Positions 30,234 through 40,895 of a stretch of 64,000 bases of DNA are shown here, piece by piece. The stretch's first letter is position 1; each line of letters opens with the position of its first letter. Below the pieces are notes generated by a model that worked only from the letters and a program-made list of their open reading frames with translations, did not search any database and was not told the DNA's origin. This stretch comes from Akkermansiaceae bacterium. GTDB taxonomy: Bacteria; Verrucomicrobiota; Verrucomicrobiia; Verrucomicrobiales; Akkermansiaceae. Location of the stretch: assembly GCA_031371445.1 (NCBI GenBank), contig JANMJQ010000140.1, positions 18,681 through 82,680 of the forward strand, in the 5' to 3' direction. Made by a program: the position numbers and the translations under genes.

Positions 30234-30628
30234 TCCCTCAGCCTTGAGAGCAGAACAGGATCCGGCAGTGCGCAGGTGTCGGATTTGCGGATCAAGCGGT
30301 AGCGGTTGTTGGCCACCAGGTCGTAAACGAAATCGCGGATAAAGCGCGGAATGAAGCGGGTGATGGTGAGCAGTTTCCACGGGCCGCCGAGGGCGCTGGC
30401 GAGTTCGATCCAGGCGTCGCTGCGGAAAAACACCTGTCCGTCGCTTTCGCGGAGGAAGACCATGGTGCCACCTTCTGCGGCGGCGTAGTGGGAAAAGCCT
30501 TTTTCCTCAGCGAGTTTCCCTTGCAGAGGGGCGTAGTTGATGTTTCCCCGCTTGTCGAAACGCACGACCCGACGCACCGAAGCGGAACAAAAGCCGCAAT
30601 CACCGTCGAAAAAGAGGATCCAGGACAT
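30230..30628 (-). CDS. DCC family thiol-disulfide oxidoreductase
   Basis: FFDGDCGFC, FRSDA, RDFVYDLVANNRY. Confidence 0.92.
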   Translation of the reverse strand: MSWILFFDGDCGFCSASVRRVVRFDKRGNINYAPLQGKLAEEKGFSHYAAAEGGTMVFLRESDGQVFFRSDAWIELASALGGPWKLLTITRFIPRFIRDFVYDLVANNRYRLIRKSDTCALPDPVLLSRLRE

Positions 30629-30746
30629 GGAAGAAGTTTGTTGGTTGTCTGTGTTCAGTTTTCAGGAGGAAGAGGCGTGGACGGCACCCCATTTTCTGCC
30701 CTGAAAACTGAAAACTGAACACTAACAAACTCGCCAATTTTCCTGC

Positions 30747-30788
30747 TTGCCAGGGAAAATCAACGCGCGCATACTGTTCAAATGATCA
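30747..30788 (+). promoter_or_regulatory. radC promoter with putative Verrucomicrobia LexA box
   Basis: TTGCCA-N17-CATACT, followed by and overlapping TGTTC-AAAT-GATCA (30775-30788), one mismatch to TGTTC-N4-GAACA. Confidence 0.65.
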
Positions 30789-30808
30789 GTCATATTTCGA
30801 TCGAGGCA

Positions 30809-31519
30809 GTGGCGGACAGATTTTCGGGCTCGCGGATTTGTGATTTGCCGAATGATGAACGTCCTCGCGAGAAACTCATCCATCTGGGCCCGGCGGCGCT
30901 GTCGAACGCAGAATTGATGGGGTTGTTCATTTCCACCGGAATGAAAGGCCACAGCGCCATCCAGATTGGCAGAAGCCTCGTCTCCAAATATGGTTCCCTG
31001 GGCGCAATCGGCGGACTGCCGGTGGCGGAGTTGGCCAAGGAAAAGGGACTGGGCCTCGCCAAAGCGTCCAAATTGGCGGCCGCCTTCGAACTAGGAGTCC
31101 GCGTCGCGCGTGAGGAGCTGCGCGAGGTCCCGCTGGATACGCCGGAGTTGATCCACGACTTCTTCGGCCCCCAAATGCGGAATCTGCCCCAGGAGCAGGT
31201 GGTGGTGGGTTTGCTGGACGCCCGCCTGCGCCACATGGGGACCATTGTCGTTTCGGTCGGCACCGTCAGCGAGTCCTCGGCTCACCCGCGGGAAATATTG
31301 CGTCCCGTCATCACCCGGGGCGCATTCGGCTGCGTCCTGATCCACAATCATCCATCGGGGGATCCAAGCCCCAGCCGCGCGGACGAAGTCGTGACGCGGC
31401 GCCTCGTGGAAGCGGCCACCCTCATGCAAGTCTGCTTCCTGGACCATGTGATCATCGGCCGGCCCTCCCCGGGTAGGACGCCTTACTTCTCATTCCGCGA
31501 GGCCGGGATTGTGCCCTGA
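30809..31519 (+). CDS. radC: RadC family JAB-domain protein
   Basis: ERPREKL, LSNAEL, HPREI, HNHPSGDPSPSRAD, LDHVII. GTG start after GAGG. Confidence 0.95.
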   Translation: MADRFSGSRICDLPNDERPREKLIHLGPAALSNAELMGLFISTGMKGHSAIQIGRSLVSKYGSLGAIGGLPVAELAKEKGLGLAKASKLAAAFELGVRVAREELREVPLDTPELIHDFFGPQMRNLPQEQVVVGLLDARLRHMGTIVVSVGTVSESSAHPREILRPVITRGAFGCVLIHNHPSGDPSPSRADEVVTRRLVEAATLMQVCFLDHVIIGRPSPGRTPYFSFREAGIVP

Positions 31520-31563
31520 GTTGCTTTTGAAATGCGATCCCCTACGCTTGCGGGAAGATCGCC

Positions 31564-34035
31564 ATGTCCCGCCTGCATCTGACCCGCAACCTCCGCACGC
31601 TCGCGTTTCTTGTCGCGATCGCCGCAGTGCTGGCGGGCATCGGCGGCTTGTGGTGGGCCAACCAGACCGGACTGCCCGCGTCGTGGCGGGCGGCCATCGA
31701 GCATGAAATCGAGCGCAAGGGAGCGCACGTGAGCATCGGCACCTTGCGCTATATGCCATTTCAGGGAGTCGTCGCGACGGATGTCAGGATTTATTCCGAT
31801 CCGTTCCGCCTTCGTGAAATCTCCCGGCTCGAACGGGTCATCCTGGGTTTTGACAAGGCCAGGCTGGCACGCGGGTCTTTTCAACTGAACAAGATCCAGC
31901 TCGAAGACGCGACCCTGGTCATGCCGGTGGATCCGACCAATCCTTCTGCCGGCACTCTCGATATCAACGGCGCCTATGGAACCATTTACCTCCCCGGAGA
32001 CCGCAGGATCGAGGTCAGCAAGGCGCGCGGACGGATTGCCGGAATCGATCTGACACTCGACGCACGCATCATCGGCCAGCAAAACACCCCGCCACCGCCG
32101 GATGACAACGCTCTGGTGAAAAGGCGCGCGCTGATGGCCAAGATCATCCATGAGTTGGAGCAATGGCATTTCGACAAGGAACACCCACCCGCGCTGCAGA
32201 TTTCGGTGGAGGCCGATGTCAATGATCGCACGACCTTCGCCGCGAAGATCGCCCTGCAGGTCAAGGGCATGGAAAAGAACGGCCATGTTCTCGATGAAGT
32301 CACGGGCAGCGCCGATATCGCGGGGGATCTCGTCACCATCACTAGTCTCAAGGCCACCGATGAGCGCGGGGAATTCGAAGGCCACTTTGACTACGATCTC
32401 GCCCAGCGTTCGGGACGTTTCGACGTCACCTCGTCGATCGAGGTTCCACAATTGATGACCGCATGGGCGGGCTTCCACGCGCCGCGCGATGCGGTCTTTG
32501 GTGGCAAGCAACTGTTAGAAGCGGGTGGCGACTTCACGCTCGATGAAAACAACATCCCGCTCGTGCGCATGACCGGCCATGCCAGGTGCGAATCGGTGTT
32601 GCTGCGCGGCATGCCCTTCGAGTATGTCGAAAGCGCCTTCTCATGGGCGGATGGAAATTTGTTTTTACGCGACCTGAAGTTGCATCGTGGCGATGGTGAG
32701 GCGACGGCCAAGGCCATGATCGAGTGGCCCTTGGTTCGCATGCAACTGCATAGCACGCTGCCCATTCCCGTATACCGCCCGTTCTTCGTGGGCCAGCCGC
32801 TGGGCAACGTCCTGAATGACATGGCGGAGCGCGAGCATTCATCCGTCGATGTCAACCTGGAAGGCGGCTTCGATGCCAGCAATCGCGAAGCATGGGCCTA
32901 CACCGGTTCCGGAACTGTTAGAAATCTCGACTACAAGGGGGTGCCTCTCAACCTCGCGCACTGCGCGTTCATTCTCAACCATCATGAACTCGATTTCAAC
33001 GATGGCACGGTGGTTTTCAATTACGCGAAATACCCTTTGCGCAAAGCCTTTGGCGGCCCCGACGAGGCAACCGCCAAGGTGGGGCGCATCCGCTTCGACG
33101 CGCGGGAAAAACTCGTGGAAGTGGAAAATGTCAGCGGCGAATTCTGGGCCTCGCCGATGGTGCGCATGTTCGCGCCCAAGGTGGCCGACCTGTTAGAAAT
33201 CTATCGGTTTCACCGGCCGCCCAAGCTAACCGGCACGGGCGTGGTCGATGTCACCCCGGAAGGCCGCACCAATCTAACAGTCACGTTCGCGAGCGAGAAC
33301 GAAGCGGATTATGAGTTCCTCGAAAAAAATCTAACACTCGGGCATCCGTCCGCCACCGTGCGCATCCACGGTCCGCGCGTGAACGTGGAGAACCTCCGCC
33401 TCGAGGCTTTCGATGGTCCCGTCACCGCCCACTTCGAGACGCATGACGGCAAGCTCGACGGCGAATTGAGTTGGACCAAACTTTCCATTCCACCTTTGGC
33501 AACAACCTATGACTTCCAACTCAAGGGCGGTGGCACAGTCACCGGACGCATCAATTTTTCCATGACCGGCGGCAAGGTGGCGACCATGGATGGCAGCGGC
33601 CTGCTTGCACTGGAAAATACCGAATTGTTCGCCGTGCCGATGTTCGGCCCCATGACCAACCTGATCGGCGATGTGCTCAACAAGGAGGAAGCCGGATTCC
33701 AGCATGCCAAAAACGCGTTCTGCACCTTCAACATCGAGAACGGCATCCTCTCGACCACCGATTTCCATACCTCCACGCGCTCGCTGAATTTCACGGGCGA
33801 GGGTTCGGTCGACATGCGCGACCGGACCGTTGACGTAACCATCCGGATGAACGCGCGCGGATTGTTGAAATTGATTACCGTGCTGCGGCCGTTTTCCGGC
33901 TTGTTCCAATTCCACGGCACCGGGCCGTTGAAATCGCCGGAGTGGAATCACATGAAATTCAGTCCCCCGACCGGCAGGCAAAACGACATTCTGTTAGCCC
34001 CGCCAAAGGCCCGGATTGTGGACGACGGCAACTGA
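31564..34035 (+). CDS. AsmA-like beta-taco protein
   Basis: N-terminal TM, beta-rich body, C-terminal FHGTGPLKSPEW. Confidence 0.7.
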   Translation: MSRLHLTRNLRTLAFLVAIAAVLAGIGGLWWANQTGLPASWRAAIEHEIERKGAHVSIGTLRYMPFQGVVATDVRIYSDPFRLREISRLERVILGFDKARLARGSFQLNKIQLEDATLVMPVDPTNPSAGTLDINGAYGTIYLPGDRRIEVSKARGRIAGIDLTLDARIIGQQNTPPPPDDNALVKRRALMAKIIHELEQWHFDKEHPPALQISVEADVNDRTTFAAKIALQVKGMEKNGHVLDEVTGSADIAGDLVTITSLKATDERGEFEGHFDYDLAQRSGRFDVTSSIEVPQLMTAWAGFHAPRDAVFGGKQLLEAGGDFTLDENNIPLVRMTGHARCESVLLRGMPFEYVESAFSWADGNLFLRDLKLHRGDGEATAKAMIEWPLVRMQLHSTLPIPVYRPFFVGQPLGNVLNDMAEREHSSVDVNLEGGFDASNREAWAYTGSGTVRNLDYKGVPLNLAHCAFILNHHELDFNDGTVVFNYAKYPLRKAFGGPDEATAKVGRIRFDAREKLVEVENVSGEFWASPMVRMFAPKVADLLEIYRFHRPPKLTGTGVVDVTPEGRTNLTVTFASENEADYEFLEKNLTLGHPSATVRIHGPRVNVENLRLEAFDGPVTAHFETHDGKLDGELSWTKLSIPPLATTYDFQLKGGGTVTGRINFSMTGGKVATMDGSGLLALENTELFAVPMFGPMTNLIGDVLNKEEAGFQHAKNAFCTFNIENGILSTTDFHTSTRSLNFTGEGSVDMRDRTVDVTIRMNARGLLKLITVLRPFSGLFQFHGTGPLKSPEWNHMKFSPPTGRQNDILLAPPKARIVDDGN

Positions 34036-34136
34036 CATTTTGAAAGTCACTCCTTGCGCCCGGCTGCGAGAGGTGCCACTAATCTGTTCCGAAGGCCGCG
34101 TCATTAGGATCGGCCTGAAATCGAAAGAAAAACGTC

Positions 34137-34577
34137 ATGACCAATCAATTTTCCCCAGCTAACAGCCTCGATCCAGAGGCGGGCTTCACCCAAACTCCGT
34201 CAGTCTCCCAAGCCGCCAATGACCTCCGTGCGGCGGCCGGCGAAAAGGCCCGGGAATTCGTCCATGTCGCCGAAGAAAAGGCGATGGCTCTCAAGGATCG
34301 TGCTGTGGAGACGGCGCAGCAATTCCGCGAAAATGCGTCCGAGCGCGCCACCCAGTTCAAAGCCGCCGCCACCGAAAAAGCAGCTGCCTTCAAGAGCGCT
34401 GCCACGGAAAAAGCGACCCAGTTCAAGGATAGCGCGACCGAGCAGTGGCAGGACACCCGGGTGAAAGCCAAGGAAATGCACACGACTGCGGAAGATTACA
34501 TCCGCGAGAATCCGACGACCTGCGTGCTTGGCGCGCTCGGCGTGGGCTTCCTCATCGGTTTGGTCGCCCGCCGCTAA
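34137..34577 (+). CDS. DUF883 (ElaB/YqjD-like) tail-anchored protein
   Basis: Ala/Lys helical repeats then EDYIRENP...ALGVGFLIGLVARR. Confidence 0.88.
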   Translation: MTNQFSPANSLDPEAGFTQTPSVSQAANDLRAAAGEKAREFVHVAEEKAMALKDRAVETAQQFRENASERATQFKAAATEKAAAFKSAATEKATQFKDSATEQWQDTRVKAKEMHTTAEDYIRENPTTCVLGALGVGFLIGLVARR

Positions 34578-34617
34578 GCCTGCGTTCCCGCCGCCTGTCC
34601 TGACTTCATCGATAGCC

Positions 34618-35058
34618 ATGAGCCCGTCCTCCGACATCGGCCCGGCGGCATCCACCGCGGCTCCCAAGATCGGAGAAGGATCCGACACGCCCCAAAACTG
34701 GCGTGAAGCGCTGATGACTCTGCTCGCCACGCGGGTGGACTTGATCCGGCTTGAATCGAAAGAGGTCGCCGGCGGTGTCGCCCGCCGCGCGGGATTCTAT
34801 GCGGCGGCAGGTATATTTGCCCTTTTCGCCTGGGCCCTGTTGCTCGCCGGTGCCATCGGCGTCATTGCCGAAACGACGGAATGGCCCTGGAGCTGGGTTT
34901 GCGTCGGCGCGGCGGTGCTTCATTTGCTGCTGGCGATCCTGTTTTCCAAACTGGCCAGTCCCAAGGCCAAAGCCGCGTTCCCAGTGACCCGCGCTGAATT
35001 TCAAAAAGACCGCGAATGGATCGAGAACCTTCACAAACCGACGAAATCCAACGGCTGA
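34618..35058 (+). CDS. YqjE-like (phage holin superfamily III) membrane protein
   Basis: TRVDLIRLESKE, two TMs, FPVTRAEFQKDREW; follows DUF883. Confidence 0.8.
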   Translation: MSPSSDIGPAASTAAPKIGEGSDTPQNWREALMTLLATRVDLIRLESKEVAGGVARRAGFYAAAGIFALFAWALLLAGAIGVIAETTEWPWSWVCVGAAVLHLLLAILFSKLASPKAKAAFPVTRAEFQKDREWIENLHKPTKSNG

Positions 35059-35417
35059 TCCGCATGGGCGGCAGTGCCCGCGGATTGCTCGGCGCGCAAG
35101 CCGCACGGATGAAACGCAGCCTCGACGTGCCGGCCCGTGTCCGCGGCTCCCTCAAGCAACATCCGACCGGCTGGCTGGTGGCCGCACTCAGCGCGGGAAT
35201 CATGGTCAGCTCGCTTTTGCGCCGCCGCTCATCTTCCTCCCCGCTTGTCAAAAAGCACCGCAGCGTGCCCATCGCCGTCGTCGGTCTCGCCTTGACCGCA
35301 TTCCGGCCGTTTTTAAAAATGTGGCTGACCGATCAGGTAAAAAACTATCTGATAGGCCATCTCCGCGGCCAAAGCGTCGCGGCCAGCCGTCCTGCCCGAG
35401 TCTCAACCCCACTCTGA
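35016..35417 (+). CDS. Hypothetical membrane protein (YqjK-like position)
   Basis: Operon context and hydrophobic segments; start uncertain. Confidence 0.55.
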   Translation: MDREPSQTDEIQRLIRMGGSARGLLGAQAARMKRSLDVPARVRGSLKQHPTGWLVAALSAGIMVSSLLRRRSSSSPLVKKHRSVPIAVVGLALTAFRPFLKMWLTDQVKNYLIGHLRGQSVAASRPARVSTPL

Positions 35418-35429
35418 ACCTCCCTTCTC

Positions 35430-36512
35430 ATGTCGGAACATCGCGTCTTGGATCACGTGGATCAATACCTGCAACTCGGGCGCGACTACGATTGCTCGGA
35501 CTTGCATATCGCCACCGCCTATCCTCCGGCATGGCGGCGCTTCGGCCAGCTTTCACCGATCTGGCCCGATCATGCGCCGTTGACCGCGGAGGAAACCGAA
35601 AAACTTGCCAAATCATTCCTCGGCAAGGCGGAATGGGACCGCCTGGACAAACATGGCGACATCGACTTCGCCTATTCCACAACGAACGGCCGTTACCGTG
35701 CTTCGGTCGTGAAGCAACGACTTGGCCTGGACATGGCCTTCCGGATCATCAACGACAAGATCAAGACCCTCGAGGAAATCGGTCTGCCGCTTGAGCACAT
35801 CATTCCCCTCACCCGTTATCAAAACGGACTGGTGTTGGTGACGGGTTCGGTGGGTTCGGGAAAATCGACGACTTTGGCCGCGCTGGTCGATTTCATCAAC
35901 CGCGACCGCGAGGACCACATCCTGACGCTTGAGGATCCAATCGAATATGTGTTTGGCTCCAAGGGCTGCCACGTCAACCAACGTGAGGTTCACAAGCACA
36001 CCGAGTCCTTCGCCCGTGCGCTCCGCGGTGCCTTGCGGGAAGATCCGGATGTCATCATGGTTGGTGAAATGCGCGACCTGGAAACCATCCAACTCGCCCT
36101 CACCGCCGCTGAAACCGGACACTTGGTTCTTGGAACGCTTCATACGGGCAACGCGCCGCGGACACTGGACCGCGTGCTCGACGTTTTCCCCACCGACCAA
36201 CGCGAACAGATCCGGATCATGGTATCGGAATCGCTGCGTGGCATTCTATCACAACAGTTGGTCCCGCGCGCCGATGGAAATGGCCGGATCCTCGCCCTTG
36301 AACTGCTCGTCAACACGCCGGCGGTTTCCAACTGCATTCGCGAAGGCAAAACCTACATGCTGCCCGGTGTCATGCAGACCGGTAAAAACGTCGGCATGAT
36401 CACCATGGACGAATCGTTGCGCAACCTATACGTCAAAGGCTTGATCTCACGGGACGAAACGCTGTTCCGTTCGGATGACAAAATCCAAATGCGGACCTTC
36501 CTCCAATCCTAG
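35430..36512 (+). CDS. pilT: Type IV pilus retraction ATPase PilT
   Basis: SDLHI, GSVGSGKST, EDPIEY, ALREDPD, GEMRDLET, AETGHLVLGTLHT. Confidence 0.93.
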   Translation: MSEHRVLDHVDQYLQLGRDYDCSDLHIATAYPPAWRRFGQLSPIWPDHAPLTAEETEKLAKSFLGKAEWDRLDKHGDIDFAYSTTNGRYRASVVKQRLGLDMAFRIINDKIKTLEEIGLPLEHIIPLTRYQNGLVLVTGSVGSGKSTTLAALVDFINRDREDHILTLEDPIEYVFGSKGCHVNQREVHKHTESFARALRGALREDPDVIMVGEMRDLETIQLALTAAETGHLVLGTLHTGNAPRTLDRVLDVFPTDQREQIRIMVSESLRGILSQQLVPRADGNGRILALELLVNTPAVSNCIREGKTYMLPGVMQTGKNVGMITMDESLRNLYVKGLISRDETLFRSDDKIQMRTFLQS

Positions 36513-36532
36513 GGCTTCCCGCTCACACTTCC

Positions 36533-37642
36533 ATGGCCAGAATCGATACACTCTTCCGCTATCTGATCACCCACAAGGGCTCGGACCTTCACTTGTCGGA
36601 AGGCCAGATGCCAAAGATCCGCGTCCACGGCGCGGTCTCCATCATCCCCGATCAGGAAATGCTGTTAGGCGAGGATTTCAAGGAACTGCTCGCGGAAATT
36701 TGCGACAAGCGCGCTTTTGAAAAATATCTCGAAGTCGGCGATCTCGACTTCGCTTATGCAATGGACGAGGCTTCGCGGTTCCGTTGCAACTATCTGAAGC
36801 AACAGAACGGCCTTGCCGCGGTGTTCCGCTTGATTCCCACCGAACTCGCCACCCTCGAGCAACTGGGCGTGCCGAATGTCGTCAAGGAATTCGGCCACAT
36901 GCGTGCCGGTCTCGTTCTTGTCACCGGCCCCACCGGTTCGGGAAAATCCACGACGCTTGCGGCTCTGTTAGATTACATCAACATCAACTTCAGCCGGCAC
37001 ATCATCACGGTTGAGGAGCCGATCGAGTTCGTCCATCGCAACAAGAATTCGATCATCACCCAACGCGAGGTGCCCATCCAAACGCCATCGTTCGCCGATG
37101 GTCTGCGCGCCGCGCTGCGCGAGGATTCCGACATCGTCCTCGTCGGCGAGATGCGGGATTTGGAAACCATTTCACTCGCTCTAACAGCCGCGGAGACGGG
37201 CTTGCTGGTTTTCGGAACCCTGCACACCAACAACGCGCGCAAGACGGTTGACCGGATCATCGACGTGTTCCCCGCCAACCAGCAGTCGCAGGTCCGCACC
37301 ATGCTGGCGGCCTCGCTCCGGGGAGTCGTCGCGCAGCTTCTTTGCAAGCGCGTGGACAAACCCGGCCGGACTGCCGTTCACGAAATCATGTTCGCGACTC
37401 CTGCCGTCGCCGCCATTATCCGGGAAGGCGCCACCCAGAAACTCTACGACGTCATCACCGGCGGCAAGAACGAAGGCATGCAGTTCATGGACGAGTCGAT
37501 CTGGTCCAAGCTGCGCGAAGGCATGATCTCGCCGGAAGAAGCCTACATGAAGGCCATCGACAAAACGCGCTTTAAGAAGTTTCTGCCCGAGAAGTCCTCG
37601 CACCTCGGCGATGCGTCCGGCGAGAGCCCGATGGCGCATTGA
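36533..37642 (+). CDS. pilT: Type IV pilus retraction ATPase PilT/PilU paralogue
   Basis: SDLHL, GPTGSGKST, EEPIEF, GEMRDLET, AIIREG. Confidence 0.9.
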   Translation: MARIDTLFRYLITHKGSDLHLSEGQMPKIRVHGAVSIIPDQEMLLGEDFKELLAEICDKRAFEKYLEVGDLDFAYAMDEASRFRCNYLKQQNGLAAVFRLIPTELATLEQLGVPNVVKEFGHMRAGLVLVTGPTGSGKSTTLAALLDYININFSRHIITVEEPIEFVHRNKNSIITQREVPIQTPSFADGLRAALREDSDIVLVGEMRDLETISLALTAAETGLLVFGTLHTNNARKTVDRIIDVFPANQQSQVRTMLAASLRGVVAQLLCKRVDKPGRTAVHEIMFATPAVAAIIREGATQKLYDVITGGKNEGMQFMDESIWSKLREGMISPEEAYMKAIDKTRFKKFLPEKSSHLGDASGESPMAH

Positions 37643-37667
37643 TCGACACACATTAGTCCGGTCATTT

Positions 37668-38204
37668 ATGAGAACCGCAGTCGCCGCGCTTTATACGCTT
37701 CTCCTGTTGTCGTCGCTTCACGCCCAGGATTTGTCGTTTGCCCTCGAGAACAACCCCGCCCAGCGCAAACGCCTTGCCCTTCTCCAAGGCGCCACGACTC
37801 CCCCAGCCCTGGATCTAACAGGATGGCAGAATTCCGCGCCGCTTGTTTTGGAAAAATTGAAAGGCAAAATCGTCGTTCTCGAATTTTGGTCCACAGGCTG
37901 CGACACCTGCATCGCCAGCATTCCTTATCACAACCAAATCTTTGAAAAATACAAAGGCCGGGTGGTTTTCATCGGCATCTGCCAATCCTATGGGTCGGAC
38001 AAGTTGAACGATGTCATCAAAACGCATGCCATCAAATATCCTGTTGCCATCGACTCGACCGGCAAGACGACCAAGGCTTATGCGGCGAAAGGTTTCCCGG
38101 ACTATTATATCATCGACAAAAAAGGCACGTTGGCGGCGGCGGATTGCGCCAATGACAAGGTCGTGGATGCCATTGATGTGCTGTTGAAAAAGGTTATCCG
38201 TTAA
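37668..38204 (+). CDS. TlpA-like redoxin
   Basis: Signal peptide, LEFWSTGCDTC, FPDYYIIDKKG. Confidence 0.85.
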   Translation: MRTAVAALYTLLLLSSLHAQDLSFALENNPAQRKRLALLQGATTPPALDLTGWQNSAPLVLEKLKGKIVVLEFWSTGCDTCIASIPYHNQIFEKYKGRVVFIGICQSYGSDKLNDVIKTHAIKYPVAIDSTGKTTKAYAAKGFPDYYIIDKKGTLAAADCANDKVVDAIDVLLKKVIR

Positions 38205-38265
38205 TAGTTATTGGTTAATAGGTAAGAATTCTTCCCTGATAACAATTAACCGATAACTGATAACG
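38193..38265. repeat. GTTATCR/YGATAAC heptamer hairpin element, copy 2
   Basis: gttatccgttaatagttattggttaataggtaagaattcttccctgataacaattaaccgataactgataac. Confidence 0.85.
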
Positions 38266-38268
38266 CAA

Positions 38269-39054
38269 TTACCACCGGCCTAAAAGCGCTGCTACGGTAA
38301 GTGCCGTAGTTTCGTCATTCCGAACGAGCTTCTTGCCGACGGCGGCATTCGGGAAATTCGCTTCGAGGCAGGGAGAAGTTCCCTGCGCCCCCGCAAGCAC
38401 GCCGCTGCTGGCTATATCGATCGACCCCCCGGCAATCTTGCCACCCCATGGATCGATGTAAGTGATGGGAAATGATGTCGCGCTTTTATCGAGCTTCGTC
38501 GGCAGTGATTTGAGAGTGACGAAATGCGCGTCGAGCACGACCCATGTTCCACCGCGCTTGGCATAACGGCGGAGGCTGATGATTGGGGGCAGGCCTTTGC
38601 CCATCGATGTTGCAAGCCGTTCGTGGCTGCGGCGGAGAAGTTTTTCCGGCGTTTCCTTCGGTTTCAGGAAGAGGATTTCCTGTTTCACGAAAGGCAGGTA
38701 TTGCCCGCGCGTCATCTCGTTGGCCATGTCGGCGAGGTCCGCAAGATTGACACCCTTGCGAGACCAGCGCGGGTGGTCCTTCAAATTTGCCGAAGGCCGC
38801 ATGCCATAACTGCGGATGATCGCCGAGACGCGTTCCCTGTCAGTTGGGCCCGGCAATTGAACCAACACGTTTTGCCATGACGGATTGCCGAAGCGGAATG
38901 CATTGAGCAGGGCCGTCGGGCCACAGGCATTGCCCGCAAGAACGAGTTGATTGGCGGGCGTGGCAGTTGCGTTTGGTGCTTCGCGGAGAGCTGGTGCCGC
39001 CATCACCGGCAGGGCGAACGAAAAGCAAATGCTATGGAGAACCAGCCGGAACAT
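38269..39054 (-). CDS. Secreted hypothetical protein, possible papain-like (C39-like) peptidase
   Basis: Signal peptide; NQ...NACGPTALLNA, AHFVTL, YIDPW. Confidence 0.6.
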   Translation of the reverse strand: MFRLVLHSICFSFALPVMAAPALREAPNATATPANQLVLAGNACGPTALLNAFRFGNPSWQNVLVQLPGPTDRERVSAIIRSYGMRPSANLKDHPRWSRKGVNLADLADMANEMTRGQYLPFVKQEILFLKPKETPEKLLRRSHERLATSMGKGLPPIISLRRYAKRGGTWVVLDAHFVTLKSLPTKLDKSATSFPITYIDPWGGKIAGGSIDIASSGVLAGAQGTSPCLEANFPNAAVGKKLVRNDETTALTVAALLGRW

Positions 39055-40642
39055 AGGTCTCGACGCGACGGTCATTGGAAGGCTTGGCATCCACATGGCC
39101 CGAAATCGTGACTTGGGCATCGTAGCGGAGGCTCGTCGCGGTCGGAACGGTAATGGGCACACGGACAGTTTGCACGCCATTAACAGCCAGATTAGTGAGG
39201 GTAGTCGTCACATTGCCCGAAGGAGTGGAAATGGTCACCGCCGTGTTGTAGAGCGGCTCGGTGCCACGATTTTGCACCAGCACTTCCACTTGTCCGAAAG
39301 GGCTCGATGAACTCGGCGGCACGATCCGTTGCGAAGCGACAGCCGCATCATAAATCCCCGGGGTCTTGCCATTGATCACGCGGCCTAGATCGGGAAGCCC
39401 GGTGCCGTATTCAGAATCTGTTCCAGCCACGCCCGCATCGTTGAGATAGCTGAACAACTGCGTCGCCGCCTGGCTCGCAGTCAGCGGCGTCGCACCCGGC
39501 CGGCTCATCAAGGCCGCGATGGATCCCGCGACGATCGGGCTGCTGAATGAAGTGCCTGTCACCATTGTCGCCTCACCGCCCGTCCAGGCGGCGTTCAAAT
39601 TATATCCAGGCGCGGCGATCGCAAGCTGGATGCCGGAGTTCGAAAAATCCAAATGATTACCCATGGCATCCACTGCACCGACAGCGATCACTCCTTGGTT
39701 GGCCGCAGGGTACGACACCTTATTGAGTCCGTTATTTCCCGCAGCCGCGACGATCACCGCATTGGCCGCGGTCGCATAGGCAATGGCATCGCGAATAAGG
39801 GGGCTGTCTCCCTGGCTGCCCATCGAAATGTTGATGACCTTCGCACCCGCATCGACAGCGGCGATGATGCCTTGCGCGAGGAGGAAGCTGTCAGACTGGC
39901 CAAGGTCATTGGCGATGCGCACGGACAGCACGCTGGCACCGGGAGCGATGCCGGGAGTCAGTTGGTTGTTGCCGATGATCATCGACGCGACCGCCGTGCC
40001 GTGGCCGTTTTGTGTCGCTGGATCACTTGGCAGGCCCACGAGATTGAGCATCGAGATGTTGCTGGAAAATGCCGGATGGGCCGTCACGCCGGTATCGAGA
40101 ATCGCGACCAACACCCCTTTTCCCCACGAGGAATTGTCCATGGTGATGCCAAGCCAAGAGAGCAAGCGGGCACCAAGCGCCATCGCCCCCGGCTGCACTG
40201 TTCCATCCGTCGGGGCGGGCGTATCCACCGGGTAAATCAATGAGGCCTGGTCGTCCGGCCCGAGCAAGCCCGCAAGATCGGCGGCGTCTGAAAATCCAAT
40301 GCGCAACGCATGCAAGGCATCGATGCTGCCGAGTATTTTCACTTTGTCGCCGGCCCGCTTCAGAAACGCTTCGAGCGCGGCCTTGTCCTTGAACACCACG
40401 GTGCGTTCGTTCCGCAGAGCCCCGTTCTCGGCGGCCTCGTCATCCCGCGGCGATTGGGGCGCGCGATTTTCGCGGCGGAATTTCGGGCCGGTCTCATCCA
40501 CCACCACTTTCCGCTCCGCCAATGACGCTTTGGGAGCCGCTTGCCTGGCAACCGGGTGCAGCGTAGCCGAGGAGGCAAGCCAGTAGCCAGCCACCGCCAT
40601 CACCGTGAATCCCAGAAAAAGCCAAATGTCCCGCTGCCGCAT
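39032..40642 (-). CDS. S8 family subtilisin-like serine protease
   Basis: AILDTG, GHGTAVA, AAAGN, GTSFSSP. Confidence 0.92.
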   Translation of the reverse strand: MRQRDIWLFLGFTVMAVAGYWLASSATLHPVARQAAPKASLAERKVVVDETGPKFRRENRAPQSPRDDEAAENGALRNERTVVFKDKAALEAFLKRAGDKVKILGSIDALHALRIGFSDAADLAGLLGPDDQASLIYPVDTPAPTDGTVQPGAMALGARLLSWLGITMDNSSWGKGVLVAILDTGVTAHPAFSSNISMLNLVGLPSDPATQNGHGTAVASMIIGNNQLTPGIAPGASVLSVRIANDLGQSDSFLLAQGIIAAVDAGAKVINISMGSQGDSPLIRDAIAYATAANAVIVAAAGNNGLNKVSYPAANQGVIAVGAVDAMGNHLDFSNSGIQLAIAAPGYNLNAAWTGGEATMVTGTSFSSPIVAGSIAALMSRPGATPLTASQAATQLFSYLNDAGVAGTDSEYGTGLPDLGRVINGKTPGIYDAAVASQRIVPPSSSSPFGQVEVLVQNRGTEPLYNTAVTISTPSGNVTTTLTNLAVNGVQTVRVPITVPTATSLRYDAQVTISGHVDAKPSNDRRVETYVPAGSP

Positions 40643-40895
40643 GTCCCCCAATAAACTCCGCTAACCCACAATCGGCACCAAGTTTTTTTCCGGACAGGCA
40701 GGATCAGGTTGGAAAATTGGAGCGCGGATCTTCAGTCGCATCTTGGGAAGGAAGAGATCGCAGATCGGGGATCGTGGATAAAGAGCTAAGGAGCCACGAC
40801 ACTCTTGTCGTGTCTTTTTGAGAGAACGCATTGAAATTGCTGCTAAAGTCCCGCGGCAATGGTCCTGATTTCCCGTCCTTCGCTACTCACCTACC

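Noticed and set aside
34618-35058. Phage holin indicating a prophage
   Set aside because: The context is the chromosomal DUF883/YqjE-type operon, with no phage genes nearby.
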